Positions 19,678-28,375 of a stretch of DNA of 59,678 nucleotides are shown here, piece after piece. The position numbers and the translations under genes are program-made. The stretch is from a virus (lineage: Duplodnaviria; Caudoviricetes), in IMG/VR virus record IMGVR_UViG_3300018080_000199, positions 1 through 59,678 of that record; one strand, written 5' to 3'. The notes under the pieces were generated by a model. The model saw only the letters and a list, made by a program, of their open reading frames with translations, made no database searches and was not told the DNA's origin. How positions within the stretch are numbered: the first letter of the stretch is position 1; each line of letters starts with the position of its first letter.

Positions 19678-20175
19678 TTATTTCTCCTTCAGTATTACCG
19701 TCTTATCTGGAAGACGTTCCCGTGCATAATTATCCCATATCAATCTAAAATCATATGCTTCAAAAACTCCTAGCAATTGATTAAAGAATTGGCGTCTTTT
19801 CTTATTGAAATCATCACTGAACCATAAATTAGTTCGAACGGTATCTTTCCATTGACGTAATGTTCCAACTAACAAAGCCGTTTGATTTGGTAAATCATAT
19901 TTTGTTACAGATCCATACCAATCAAAATCTAAACTATCAACCATAAATAACATAGAGACAGTATCCATATAAAGACCGCCTCCACGAATGGTATCTACTG
20001 GTTCTTTATTAAATCCCATAACCTCATTAAGTGTTAAGGGAAAAGTTAATTGCTCATTGAATTTTAGTTTTGACTCATCTAATTTACGAGTAGGCACCTT
20101 ACCATAAACTTCTTTACAGAAGCTAAGATATTTTGACCAATCAATATGTGTAAAACCTATAAGATCTATCTTCAT
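19678..20175 (-). CDS. hypothetical protein, possibly degenerate ThyX-like fold
   Basis: MKIDLIGFT N-terminus and LPNQT..LVGTLRQWK recall ThyX; the RHR signature is absent. Confidence 0.35.
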   Translation of the reverse strand: MKIDLIGFTHIDWSKYLSFCKEVYGKVPTRKLDESKLKFNEQLTFPLTLNEVMGFNKEPVDTIRGGGLYMDTVSMLFMVDSLDFDWYGSVTKYDLPNQTALLVGTLRQWKDTVRTNLWFSDDFNKKRRQFFNQLLGVFEAYDFRLIWDNYARERLPDKTVILKEK

Positions 20176-20199
20176 ATATGCCCAGGCCCACCAAACATT

Positions 20200-20233
20200 A
20201 AAAAAACAAAATACCAGTCTCGGCTTACTGGCA
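20200..20233 (-). terminator. intrinsic terminator
   Basis: TGCCAGT-AAGCCGAG-ACTGGTA followed by TTTTGTTTTTTT on the - strand. Confidence 0.7.
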
Positions 20234-20268
20234 TGGCTCTTTAAGACCAACTGACTGCCATAATCTTT

Positions 20269-20560
20269 TAAGTCCTGTATTTATAAATCCCCCAGGCCCG
20301 AATTAAGGGTTTGCAGTCGCGTAGAGCTTTCCTTGTTCCTTGCTAGCTGGATCGTCACCCCAGGAAACAAGACTGACGATATACGCTAAATCACCCCATG
20401 TAAAAGTGTACCCTGAGCCGCTAACTATAAGGTCCAGGCATCAATGTCCTTTATCCTTATGGCGCGGTTCCCTCCCGATCCGGGATAAAGCTGAGGTTTT
20501 GTACCAGCGTCCTGGATTTGTCCTCTTTTCTATAAATCTCAGGGCATCCACGTGGACTTA
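20269..20560 (-). ncRNA. putative large structured ncRNA or cis-regulatory leader
   Basis: Gene-free on the - strand; nested helices closed by TAAGTCC/GGACTTA (see findings). Confidence 0.55.
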
Positions 20561-21208
20561 TTATCGCTCCCGACCGTCAGCAGGAGCCTCTTCTGTTTCT
20601 TCTTGCTTTGGAGGATTGGCAAACTTTACTGCTTCCTGCTTGATCTCTTCCTCAGAAGGAATATCAAAAGGACTAGTACACTCAGTAACCAGAGGCCCCC
20701 ACCACGAGTAACGCTTATTCTCAATAAAGTGTGTCTTGAATGTTGCAGCCTTACGCAAGAGCTTGAAAATGTTCTTTGATTCTCTCCTGGCTGTAGCACT
20801 CCCACAGAAAAAGGTTGCAAAACTCTTTACACTCGGGAGATAAACAAGAAACTCCGGACCCCACATACATCCTGAATTTGAAACCTTTGACTCTTCCTGA
20901 ATCCGCTGGAATTCATCACTTTCTTTATCGTGTGAGAAGCTCAGGCTATCCTCATTGGTATCAATAGCTGTCCAACGCATATGAATAATGAGGGCATCAA
21001 CCTGATTTGTTAAATCAACAACATCATCCTCACTACGTACCAGCGCATAATTTCCAACCTTGGCAAGATTCTTCTTACCAACCTTGGAATTAGAGTCAAC
21101 AACTTGCAGACGCGGGAGCCAGTCTCCACCAACAAGAGCGGAGAATTCCTTTTCACCAACTGGAACAACCGGCATTCCATCGACCTTAACAAGTTCATTC
21201 TCAGACAT
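20561..21208 (-). CDS. putative single-stranded DNA-binding/replication protein
   Basis: WLPRLQVVDSNS-type N-terminus seen in phage replication-module proteins; acidic C-terminus; location. Confidence 0.5.
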   Translation of the reverse strand: MSENELVKVDGMPVVPVGEKEFSALVGGDWLPRLQVVDSNSKVGKKNLAKVGNYALVRSEDDVVDLTNQVDALIIHMRWTAIDTNEDSLSFSHDKESDEFQRIQEESKVSNSGCMWGPEFLVYLPSVKSFATFFCGSATARRESKNIFKLLRKAATFKTHFIENKRYSWWGPLVTECTSPFDIPSEEEIKQEAVKFANPPKQEETEEAPADGRER

Positions 21209-21254
21209 TCGTAACTCCTTTAGTGATTTGGTAAATTAGTGTTAGTGTTAGTGT

Positions 21255-22214
21255 TTACTCAGCGGGGACGCCAGCCTCCGCTGCCTTTGCTGCTGCTGCT
21301 TCCTGCTTCTTCTTTTCTCTCTCAGCCTTCCGCGCTGCCTTAGCTTCCTCACGCTCCTTTCTGCGCTGTTCCCAATTGGCCCTGTCAATCTCGATACTAT
21401 CAGGATCAACCTGAAGTACCCACTTAATTGCCATTGCAAAGCCCTCTTCGGCTGTCCCGAGCCCGTGCTTATTACACAGATTCTTACTAATTGAATCTTC
21501 CTCAAGCTCATTCTTAATCTGTGCAATCTTCCTCATTCTCGGTACTGCTGCAAACTCTTCCGGCTTTGCATCTCGCCCCTCCCGCTTTGCAGCACGGATC
21601 TCACCAAGACGCGCCTGCACTTCAGGAATGAACTTGGCAGGTGAATCAGTCTGAGCCCGATCCGCAAAATTGACTTGTTCTTCAGGAGGGAGTTTCGCTA
21701 AATGATTGGCATTGGACACACAGATATCTCCATTGTCAACCATATCAGCGAGCTTATCAGTGAGCTTAACAAGCCCCAACCTCTCATTCAACCACGAGGT
21801 ACTAACAGACAAACGAGTTGCCAGTTCCGCAATCGTAACAAACGGATTAAGACCTAGCAAACGATTCAACTGCTTGGCATACTCGGCAGGTCTTGTCTCA
21901 ATCTTATGCAGATTAGCAGAAAGCTGTGCCTCAAGCACATCGCCTTCATTCATATCCTTAATCAGCATAGGAATGGTTTCAAGCCCTGCATCCTTGGCCG
22001 CATTAAATCGCTGCAACCCATCAATAAGACCAATGTACTCATCACCAGTCTCAGGGTCTTTGCACTTGCGGCCAAGAGGCGGATTCAAGATACCCTTGCT
22101 CTTGACTGAATCCACCAATTCCTGATACTTCTCTGACTCCCGTTTTACTTCGCGTAGAGCGGCAGGATTCTCACGAATATTTGCCAACTCCACATTTTCC
22201 AGCACTTCACTCAT
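21255..22214 (-). CDS. ParB-like protein 2
   Basis: ELVDSVKSKGILNP, LIDGLQRFNAAK.AGLETIP, HTH IAELATRLSVSTSWL; start at ATG 22214 behind GGAGG. Confidence 0.88.
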   Translation of the reverse strand: MSEVLENVELANIRENPAALREVKRESEKYQELVDSVKSKGILNPPLGRKCKDPETGDEYIGLIDGLQRFNAAKDAGLETIPMLIKDMNEGDVLEAQLSANLHKIETRPAEYAKQLNRLLGLNPFVTIAELATRLSVSTSWLNERLGLVKLTDKLADMVDNGDICVSNANHLAKLPPEEQVNFADRAQTDSPAKFIPEVQARLGEIRAAKREGRDAKPEEFAAVPRMRKIAQIKNELEEDSISKNLCNKHGLGTAEEGFAMAIKWVLQVDPDSIEIDRANWEQRRKEREEAKAARKAEREKKKQEAAAAKAAEAGVPAE

Positions 22215-22258
22215 AACCAATCCTCCATTACAGAGTAACCTTCAGCCCCATGCTGAAG

Positions 22259-22357
22259 TAATTTACTAAATCAGAGTCCGGGGATGGCATTTCCCAAGAT
22301 GTGGGCACAATGATCTTGCAAGAATGGGAGGGGACCGGACTCTGATTTAGTAAATTA
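22259..22357. repeat. perfect 23-bp inverted repeat in the ParB-2 leader
   Basis: TAATTTACTAAATCAGAGTCCGG (22259-22281) / CCGGACTCTGATTTAGTAAATTA (22335-22357). Confidence 0.9.
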
Positions 22358-22377
22358 TTACAGGGCATGAGACACCT

Positions 22378-22837
22378 TGAAAATAATTTAATTCAGTAAA
22401 ATAATTTGATTCAGTAAAACAATACCACTAGCAGGAATGACACAAGATCATTGTAACTAATGATACGGCAATATCTATCGAAAATCAACCAGAATTTGAG
22501 AATATATTATTACACAAATGTAACAATATATTACACACTACTACTAGGTAACTCCTATTTACCTATATAGTAAATGTATTAAATACATTATATATATAAG
22601 TTAATATCGGAAGTAGTAAGTAGTAAAATTAATATAAGTATATGATATATAAGGATTTACAGCATTTCTTACTTTACTGTTTCTGTAACACTATGATATA
22701 TAAGAACTTACGAAAACGCTTAACCTTTACTGGATTTTGCCGTATCATAATATACGGAAAAGTATCCTGAATTAAATTATTTTACTGAATTAAATTATTT
22801 TTAGCTATGTGATCTTAAAATATAATTTAGTAAATCA
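22378..22837. promoter_or_regulatory. control region 2: divergent promoters, AT-rich core and inverted 18-bp arrays; possible origin
   Basis: - strand TTGATT-N17-TATCAT (22488-22460) and + strand TTAACC-N17-TATCAT (22720-22748), both with TTGCCGTATCAT; arrays at about 22380-22420 and 22768-22803. Confidence 0.7.
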
Positions 22838-22847
22838 GGAGACAAGC

Positions 22848-23087
22848 ATGAAGATCTATGATTCTGTAGAATTGGCTCGTAGGAATGGCGAAAAACCGAT
22901 ATTCATACCTAAGATATGTCCTTATTGTCCTCCAACAAATGTCTTAGATGAAGATGATGTTGATTCTACACGTCTCTGTGGAAATTGGTGTCCACATTTT
23001 CGACTTAGTAAATCAATGGGTACTGGAAAGATTGGAGGAATAATATTAAAGTGTGTAGCAGATAACAGTTTTTCAGTAGAGGAATAA
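22848..23087 (+). CDS. Cys-rich hypothetical protein
   Basis: GGAGA RBS; CPYC..LCGNWCPHF. Confidence 0.6.
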   Translation: MKIYDSVELARRNGEKPIFIPKICPYCPPTNVLDEDDVDSTRLCGNWCPHFRLSKSMGTGKIGGIILKCVADNSFSVEE

Positions 23088-23488
23088 TGCAAACATTTCT
23101 TCCATATCCTGATCCTTATAAAACTGCCAAGGTTCTTGATTTCAAGAGACTTGGTAAACAACGTATTGAGGCTATGCAAATAATCAATACGTTAGAGCAT
23201 GATGGTGGATGGAAATACCATCCAGCAGTATTAATGTGGAGAGGGTATGTTCCAGCCCTTAAAATCTATTTCAATATTATACTTCGAGAATGGATATCTC
23301 GCGGATATGAAAGTAATATGATACCATATAATATTGAAACCGCAAAAACTCCACCTTGGATCAGTGATGAACGAGTACATAGATCTCATCGTTCACGACT
23401 AATACAAAAAGATCCTAAGTATTATGGCCCTTTGTTTCCAGATACACCAAATAATCTTAATTATTATTGGCCAGTACCAAGGAGATAA
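23087..23488 (+). CDS. pyrimidine-dimer DNA glycosylase-like (MSMEG_6728/DenV-related) protein
   Basis: MQTFLPY...LDFKRLGKQRIEA, HPAVLMWRGY, HRSHRSRLIQKDP.YY, YYWP. Confidence 0.85.
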   Translation: MQTFLPYPDPYKTAKVLDFKRLGKQRIEAMQIINTLEHDGGWKYHPAVLMWRGYVPALKIYFNIILREWISRGYESNMIPYNIETAKTPPWISDERVHRSHRSRLIQKDPKYYGPLFPDTPNNLNYYWPVPRR

Positions 23489-23865
23489 GTATGGATTATG
23501 TTGAACATTGTGAAAAGCAACTATGTGTATATTGTAATCGTTATGTACCAGGATGGGAGCCAACATTTTGTTGTAATGGACAAGACTGTGGATGTTATGG
23601 TATGCCTATTCATCCACCAATCTGTGATCTTTGTTCAGCGGAACATGAACATGGTTTTAAGCATCATGAAAGAGTATGCAAGAAGTACGAGACAATAATC
23701 AATATTCTTCTCAAAACGGCCCATCCTAAGATCCTTGAATATCTTAAAAAGTATCATATGGCCTTCTCAAAAGATAATCAATTCTCTGGTCTGATGTGGA
23801 CCTCTCGTTCTGATAGAGAAGAAGAATTTACTAAATTAGTCAAGGAGATTCAGGATGAGCGTTAA
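23467..23865 (+). CDS. Cys-rich hypothetical protein
   Basis: CCNGQDCGCYGMP motif. Confidence 0.6.
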   Translation: MASTKEISMDYVEHCEKQLCVYCNRYVPGWEPTFCCNGQDCGCYGMPIHPPICDLCSAEHEHGFKHHERVCKKYETIINILLKTAHPKILEYLKKYHMAFSKDNQFSGLMWTSRSDREEEFTKLVKEIQDER

Positions 23866-24160
23866 TGATCCCGATCAAGAATACCGAGTCAAAGCATTAA
23901 AGAGAGAAGAGGATGAGAGAAAATTAAGGGGATTAGGTTTTAAGAAAGATAAAAACTTACCATCACTTAAAAAAGATTTAGGCAAGGATCTTGAAATTAT
24001 GACTTATTTAGATCCCAGAAGTGGGGAGCTAGTATTTTCCCTGGCATGGTGGATCAAGTATGATTTTCGATCTGAAATAACACAAGAAGCTATCAACGCT
24101 AAACTCGATGAAGCTATTAAGGATATGAAAAAATATATTGACGGTGTTGGGAGGATATAA
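23855..24160 (+). CDS. hypothetical protein
   Basis: AGGAG RBS; coupled ORF. Confidence 0.55.
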   Translation: MSVNDPDQEYRVKALKREEDERKLRGLGFKKDKNLPSLKKDLGKDLEIMTYLDPRSGELVFSLAWWIKYDFRSEITQEAINAKLDEAIKDMKKYIDGVGRI

Positions 24161-24407
24161 TATGTTAGAAGAACTTGGATTTGAAAGAACAGCACATCCT
24201 CGTAAATGGCGTAAAGCTCTAGATGAATACACATTTTTAATATGTGAATACAAACCTGTAACTGGTGAATATGTCTTTAAATTAGATATTAAGATGGGTG
24301 TAACATTTTGTCCAAGTCCTGTGATTAAAAAACATATCAATGAGTGTTTGGATTATAGCAGGCAACGTTTTCATGAAATGATAAACGAAATGAATATGGA
24401 GATTTAG
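24138..24407 (+). CDS. hypothetical protein
   Basis: ORF in the + strand run; probable start at MLEEL behind GGAGG. Confidence 0.55.
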   Translation: MTVLGGYNMLEELGFERTAHPRKWRKALDEYTFLICEYKPVTGEYVFKLDIKMGVTFCPSPVIKKHINECLDYSRQRFHEMINEMNMEI

Positions 24408-24408
24408 T

Positions 24409-27120
24409 ATGCCAACTCGTACAGAAGCCATAAAACGATTCCTTATGGCTAAAGCCCCAAAGGATTTAGCTGAGGCATACAGCCATGATATGGAATGCCA
24501 AGTCAATGTTGCTCAAGATGATGGCGATCGTGTTGAAGGAGATTACAAGGGACGACAATGGCATGGCTGGAGTAATGGTCTTGAAACTTGGAAATCATTT
24601 CGGATTCCATATAAAGCCTCTACAGATCCAGAATATGATGATCGAGAAATGAGTTTTGATTTAGTAAATCATGCTGAAGGTATTGGCATGACAGGTTGGA
24701 ATTGGAGAGAAAGAGTAAGTAAATGGGTCGCGTACGATTTTGATGCTATTATAGGCCATAGGGAAAAGCACAGTAAGAAGCTTTCTCCTACAGAGTTAGA
24801 GGAGATTAAAAATGCTGCCTCATCTGTGGATTGGGTTACAGTTCGCAAAAGTACTTCGGGCAAAGGGTTACACTTATACGTGTATCTGCAAGATATTCCT
24901 ACACGTAATCATACTGAGCACTCAGCGTTGGCTAGAGCGATCCTTGGCAAATTATCCGCGATTACTGGCTTTGATTTTCACGGAAAAGTAGATGCCTGTG
25001 GGGGTAATATGTGGGTATGGCATCGTAAGATGCAAGGTACTGATGGTCTTGAAATTATCAAAAAAGGCGGTATCTTATATGATATCCCTCCTAATTGGAA
25101 GGATCATATCAAAGTAGTAACTGGTAAACGCCGTAAAGTTGATCTTCCAAATATGGAGGATATTAATAATTTTGAAGAGTTAGCAGGACAATGTAATTTT
25201 GTACTTTTGGATGATGATCATAAAAATTTGATAAATTATCTTGTCGAAAAAGAAGCATTCTTTTGGTGGGATTCTGATCATCATATGCTTGTCTGCCATA
25301 CTAAGGATCTTGAAGATGCCCACCGTGACCTAGGAATGAAAGGTATCTTTAAAACTAACTCTCCTGGTGAAGATCGTAATGAACAAAATGCATATGCTTT
25401 TCCAATGAGACATGGAGCATGGACTGTTAGACGTTATACTCCGGGGGTGGAAGAAGATGTTTCATGGGAGCAAGATGGTCAAGGATGGACTAAATGCTAT
25501 CTTAACCGTGTACCTAATCTTAAAACTGCTGCACTTAGTTCTGGTGGACTTGAGAATGAGAAAGGTGAGTTTATATTTCAACATGCTGAAATGGCTCAGA
25601 ATACAGCCTTAAAACTTAAAGCAAATATTAAACTCCCAAATTGGGCACTTGGTCGTAATGCAATAATCAAACAGCATAAAGACGGTAAACGTATTATTGT
25701 AGAAATGGACCATGATGCTCGGGATAGTATGACTCAAGGTCTTGAAGGATGGTTACTTGAAAAGGGAAAATGGAAACGTATCTATGATATTATATCTTCA
25801 GATCCAATAGAAAGTGACATGAGTAATTTCGATGAGATTGCTCGCCATGTAGTTACTGAAGGTCTTGAGGATGCTGGATGGGTAATCCGTTCTGGTGATG
25901 AATGGAAACAAGAACCATTTCACCACATCAAAATTGCTTTAGAGAGTATGGGTTTGAAAACTGGTGAGGTACGGGGTATATTAGGGTCCAGTGTTTTCAA
26001 GCCTTGGAAACTCGTGAATCGTCCTTTCCAACCTGAATATATTGGTGATAGGCAATGGAATCGTAATGCCCCACAATATCGTTTTGTACCTTCTTTAAAT
26101 AAAGATACTTTGAACTATGAGACTTGGTTACGTATCCTAAATCATGTAGGTTCAAGCCTAGATGATGCAGTAAAACGTAATGGATGGGCCAAAGCTAATG
26201 GCATTATGTCTGGTGCTGATTATCTTAAATGTTGGATTGCAAGTCTCTTACAAGAACCCCTTGAACCATTACCTTATCTCTTTCTTTATGGTCCCCAGGG
26301 TAGCGGAAAATCGCTCTTTCATGAGGCTCTACAGCTTCTCGTTACTACAGGTTATGTCCGTGCTGATACGGCCTTGAAATCTCAGAGTGGTTTTAATGGT
26401 GAACTAAAGAATGCCATCATCTGTGTTGTGGAGGAGACTAATTTAACAAAACATAAGCAAGCAGAGTTACGAATTAAGGATTGGGTGACAAGTCGTATGT
26501 TACCTATCCATGAAAAACGTGGAACACCCTATCTTATTCCTAACTCAACTCATTGGGTGCATTGCGCTAATGATTATACATATTGCCCAATCTTTCCAGG
26601 TGATACTCGTATCACAATGTTCTATGTTGAGAATCTAGATCCTATAGATCTTATCCCTAAGAAACAGATGATGCCTCTTCTGGAGAAAGAAGCATCAGAT
26701 TTTCTCGCTGCATGTTTAACACTTGAAATACCACAATCTCCTGATAGACTTAATCTTCCAGTTATTACAACTGAAGATAAAGTCCGAGTAGAGAAAGAGA
26801 ATCGCACACTTCTAGAAATGTATGTTGATGATCATTGTCATTATGCCCCTGGAAAAGTTATTAAATTCTCAATACTTTATGATAGGTTTCGAGATTGGCT
26901 TGAACCTAGTGATGTTCAAAATTGGAGCAAAATTCGTTTTGGGCAATACTTCTCAGCTAATGTACGTCGATATCCAAAAGGCCGTAGTCCCAAGAATGGA
27001 CAATGGTATATCGGGAATATTGCTATGGAGCCACCTGGCAATATTGAAGAGAAAGATCGTATTATCTTACAAGGTGAGATGTTAGTTCGTGAAGATGGGG
27101 AGAAACTTCGTCATGATTAA
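24409..27120 (+). CDS. primase-helicase (AEP primase-polymerase plus SF3/D5-like helicase)
   Basis: YDFD and RKSTSGKGLHLY (AEP motifs); FLYGPQGSGKS (Walker A), VVEE, HCAN, DTRI. Confidence 0.85.
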   Translation: MPTRTEAIKRFLMAKAPKDLAEAYSHDMECQVNVAQDDGDRVEGDYKGRQWHGWSNGLETWKSFRIPYKASTDPEYDDREMSFDLVNHAEGIGMTGWNWRERVSKWVAYDFDAIIGHREKHSKKLSPTELEEIKNAASSVDWVTVRKSTSGKGLHLYVYLQDIPTRNHTEHSALARAILGKLSAITGFDFHGKVDACGGNMWVWHRKMQGTDGLEIIKKGGILYDIPPNWKDHIKVVTGKRRKVDLPNMEDINNFEELAGQCNFVLLDDDHKNLINYLVEKEAFFWWDSDHHMLVCHTKDLEDAHRDLGMKGIFKTNSPGEDRNEQNAYAFPMRHGAWTVRRYTPGVEEDVSWEQDGQGWTKCYLNRVPNLKTAALSSGGLENEKGEFIFQHAEMAQNTALKLKANIKLPNWALGRNAIIKQHKDGKRIIVEMDHDARDSMTQGLEGWLLEKGKWKRIYDIISSDPIESDMSNFDEIARHVVTEGLEDAGWVIRSGDEWKQEPFHHIKIALESMGLKTGEVRGILGSSVFKPWKLVNRPFQPEYIGDRQWNRNAPQYRFVPSLNKDTLNYETWLRILNHVGSSLDDAVKRNGWAKANGIMSGADYLKCWIASLLQEPLEPLPYLFLYGPQGSGKSLFHEALQLLVTTGYVRADTALKSQSGFNGELKNAIICVVEETNLTKHKQAELRIKDWVTSRMLPIHEKRGTPYLIPNSTHWVHCANDYTYCPIFPGDTRITMFYVENLDPIDLIPKKQMMPLLEKEASDFLAACLTLEIPQSPDRLNLPVITTEDKVRVEKENRTLLEMYVDDHCHYAPGKVIKFSILYDRFRDWLEPSDVQNWSKIRFGQYFSANVRRYPKGRSPKNGQWYIGNIAMEPPGNIEEKDRIILQGEMLVREDGEKLRHD

Positions 27121-27300
27121 AACCATCCTCAACACCTTGCAAGATGAGCAACGTGCTCAATTAATGTGTGCCTTCGAGCAAGGTTTCACACAGATTGTTA
27201 TTTATGAGCCAGGAAAATTTATTGGAGTCAATGTCCAAAATGTTGGCAATCTTGATTTAGAAAATCAGGAAGGTGTTTGGTCTTGTGGGAGGATTAAAAA

Positions 27301-27819
27301 ATGTGCGAAGTAACATGTAAAAAGTGTGGGGCAATAACAGGTATTGATCCTAATATGCCAAATGAATTTACTTGTCATAATTGTGCTGTGGAATACATCA
27401 AAATGGAAGGACACTGGTATCCGGTCCCTACTAAACAAATTGATCCCACAGAAGGGCGTAAATATGATAAGGAAAAAGATAGATGGGATCTTGTTCTTTG
27501 GAGGGAATTTTGTCATGTTGTTAAAGTTCTAACACTCGGGGCTATTAAATATGCCCCAGAAAATTGGAAATATGTCAAAGATGCCAGAAACAGATATTTT
27601 GCTGCTGCTCATAGACACTTGTATGCATGGCGTAAAGGGGAGATTATTGATTCTGAAACCTCATTGCCACACCTTGCACATGCTATTTGTTGTTTACTTT
27701 TTCTCATGTGGTTTGATGAAGAAGATAAAAAGAAAAAGCAAGCCTCTCTTGAGATGTGTAAGAAAATAGTTGCAGATGCTAAGCAAGTCTGTAAGGATTT
27801 CGAAGATGCTGATAAATAG
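27301..27819 (+). CDS. dATP/dGTP diphosphohydrolase (DUF5664) domain protein
   Basis: GRKYDKEKDRWDL, VLTLGAIKY..NW, AAHRHL.AW..GE..D.ETSLPHLAHAICCLLFL. Confidence 0.85.
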   Translation: MCEVTCKKCGAITGIDPNMPNEFTCHNCAVEYIKMEGHWYPVPTKQIDPTEGRKYDKEKDRWDLVLWREFCHVVKVLTLGAIKYAPENWKYVKDARNRYFAAAHRHLYAWRKGEIIDSETSLPHLAHAICCLLFLMWFDEEDKKKKQASLEMCKKIVADAKQVCKDFEDADK

Positions 27820-28375
27820 AACTAGAAAACTAATTTATCTAATGATCCCTAAAACTGCTACAGCATCAATGGCAGAATTTCTTTTCTCTACTGGAGAATG
27901 GGATTTATTACGTGAAGCTCATACTATGGCCATACCTCCTGGTTATGAGGATTACAAAACCATAACCATGGTTCGTAATCCTTATGCTCGTATGGTTAGC
28001 ATGTGGAAATGGTACTCTACTCATCCTACTAAGAAAACTATTGTAGGAAAAATGAAGCTTGAGCAATTCATACAATTCTGTATTGCTAAGGGTCCAGATG
28101 GTATCAATGGTCCAGGAGGTAAATTTCCATGGTTATTCGGTTGTCAAGTTAATTTTCTAAATCAAAGACCTAATATTGTATTACGATTAGAAGGACTCCC
28201 AGATTGTTTAAAACATATTCCAGGGATTTCTTTAACAAAACGACTACTAAAACATCGTCACAGACTCCAAAGCAAACACTATACTACTTATTATAATGGA
28301 AGATCTGCAAAACTTCTTCTTAAACATTCAGAAAAAGACTTTATAGTTTTTAAATATGATTGGAGGCTACGATGA
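27806..28375 (+). CDS. sulfotransferase family 2-like protein
   Basis: IYLMIPKTATAS, MVRNPYARMVSMW, LRLEGL, C-terminal YTTYY...DF..F.Y. Confidence 0.8.
   Translation: MLINRTRKLIYLMIPKTATASMAEFLFSTGEWDLLREAHTMAIPPGYEDYKTITMVRNPYARMVSMWKWYSTHPTKKTIVGKMKLEQFIQFCIAKGPDGINGPGGKFPWLFGCQVNFLNQRPNIVLRLEGLPDCLKHIPGISLTKRLLKHRHRLQSKHYTTYYNGRSAKLLLKHSEKDFIVFKYDWRLR

Noticed and set aside
20364-20380. GAAAC and CTGACGA resembling hammerhead core elements
   Set aside because: The spacing leaves no room for the required stems and cleavage triplet, and they are on the strand opposite to local transcription.
20421-20436. CTAACTATAAGGTCC resembling the 23S rRNA/I-CeuI site
   Set aside because: Only a short gapped match with no surrounding rRNA sequence.
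20340-20711. 123-aa + strand ORF across the structured intergenic region
   Set aside because: TTG start without an RBS, opposite to all neighbours and overlapping a real gene; base-pairing explains the region better.
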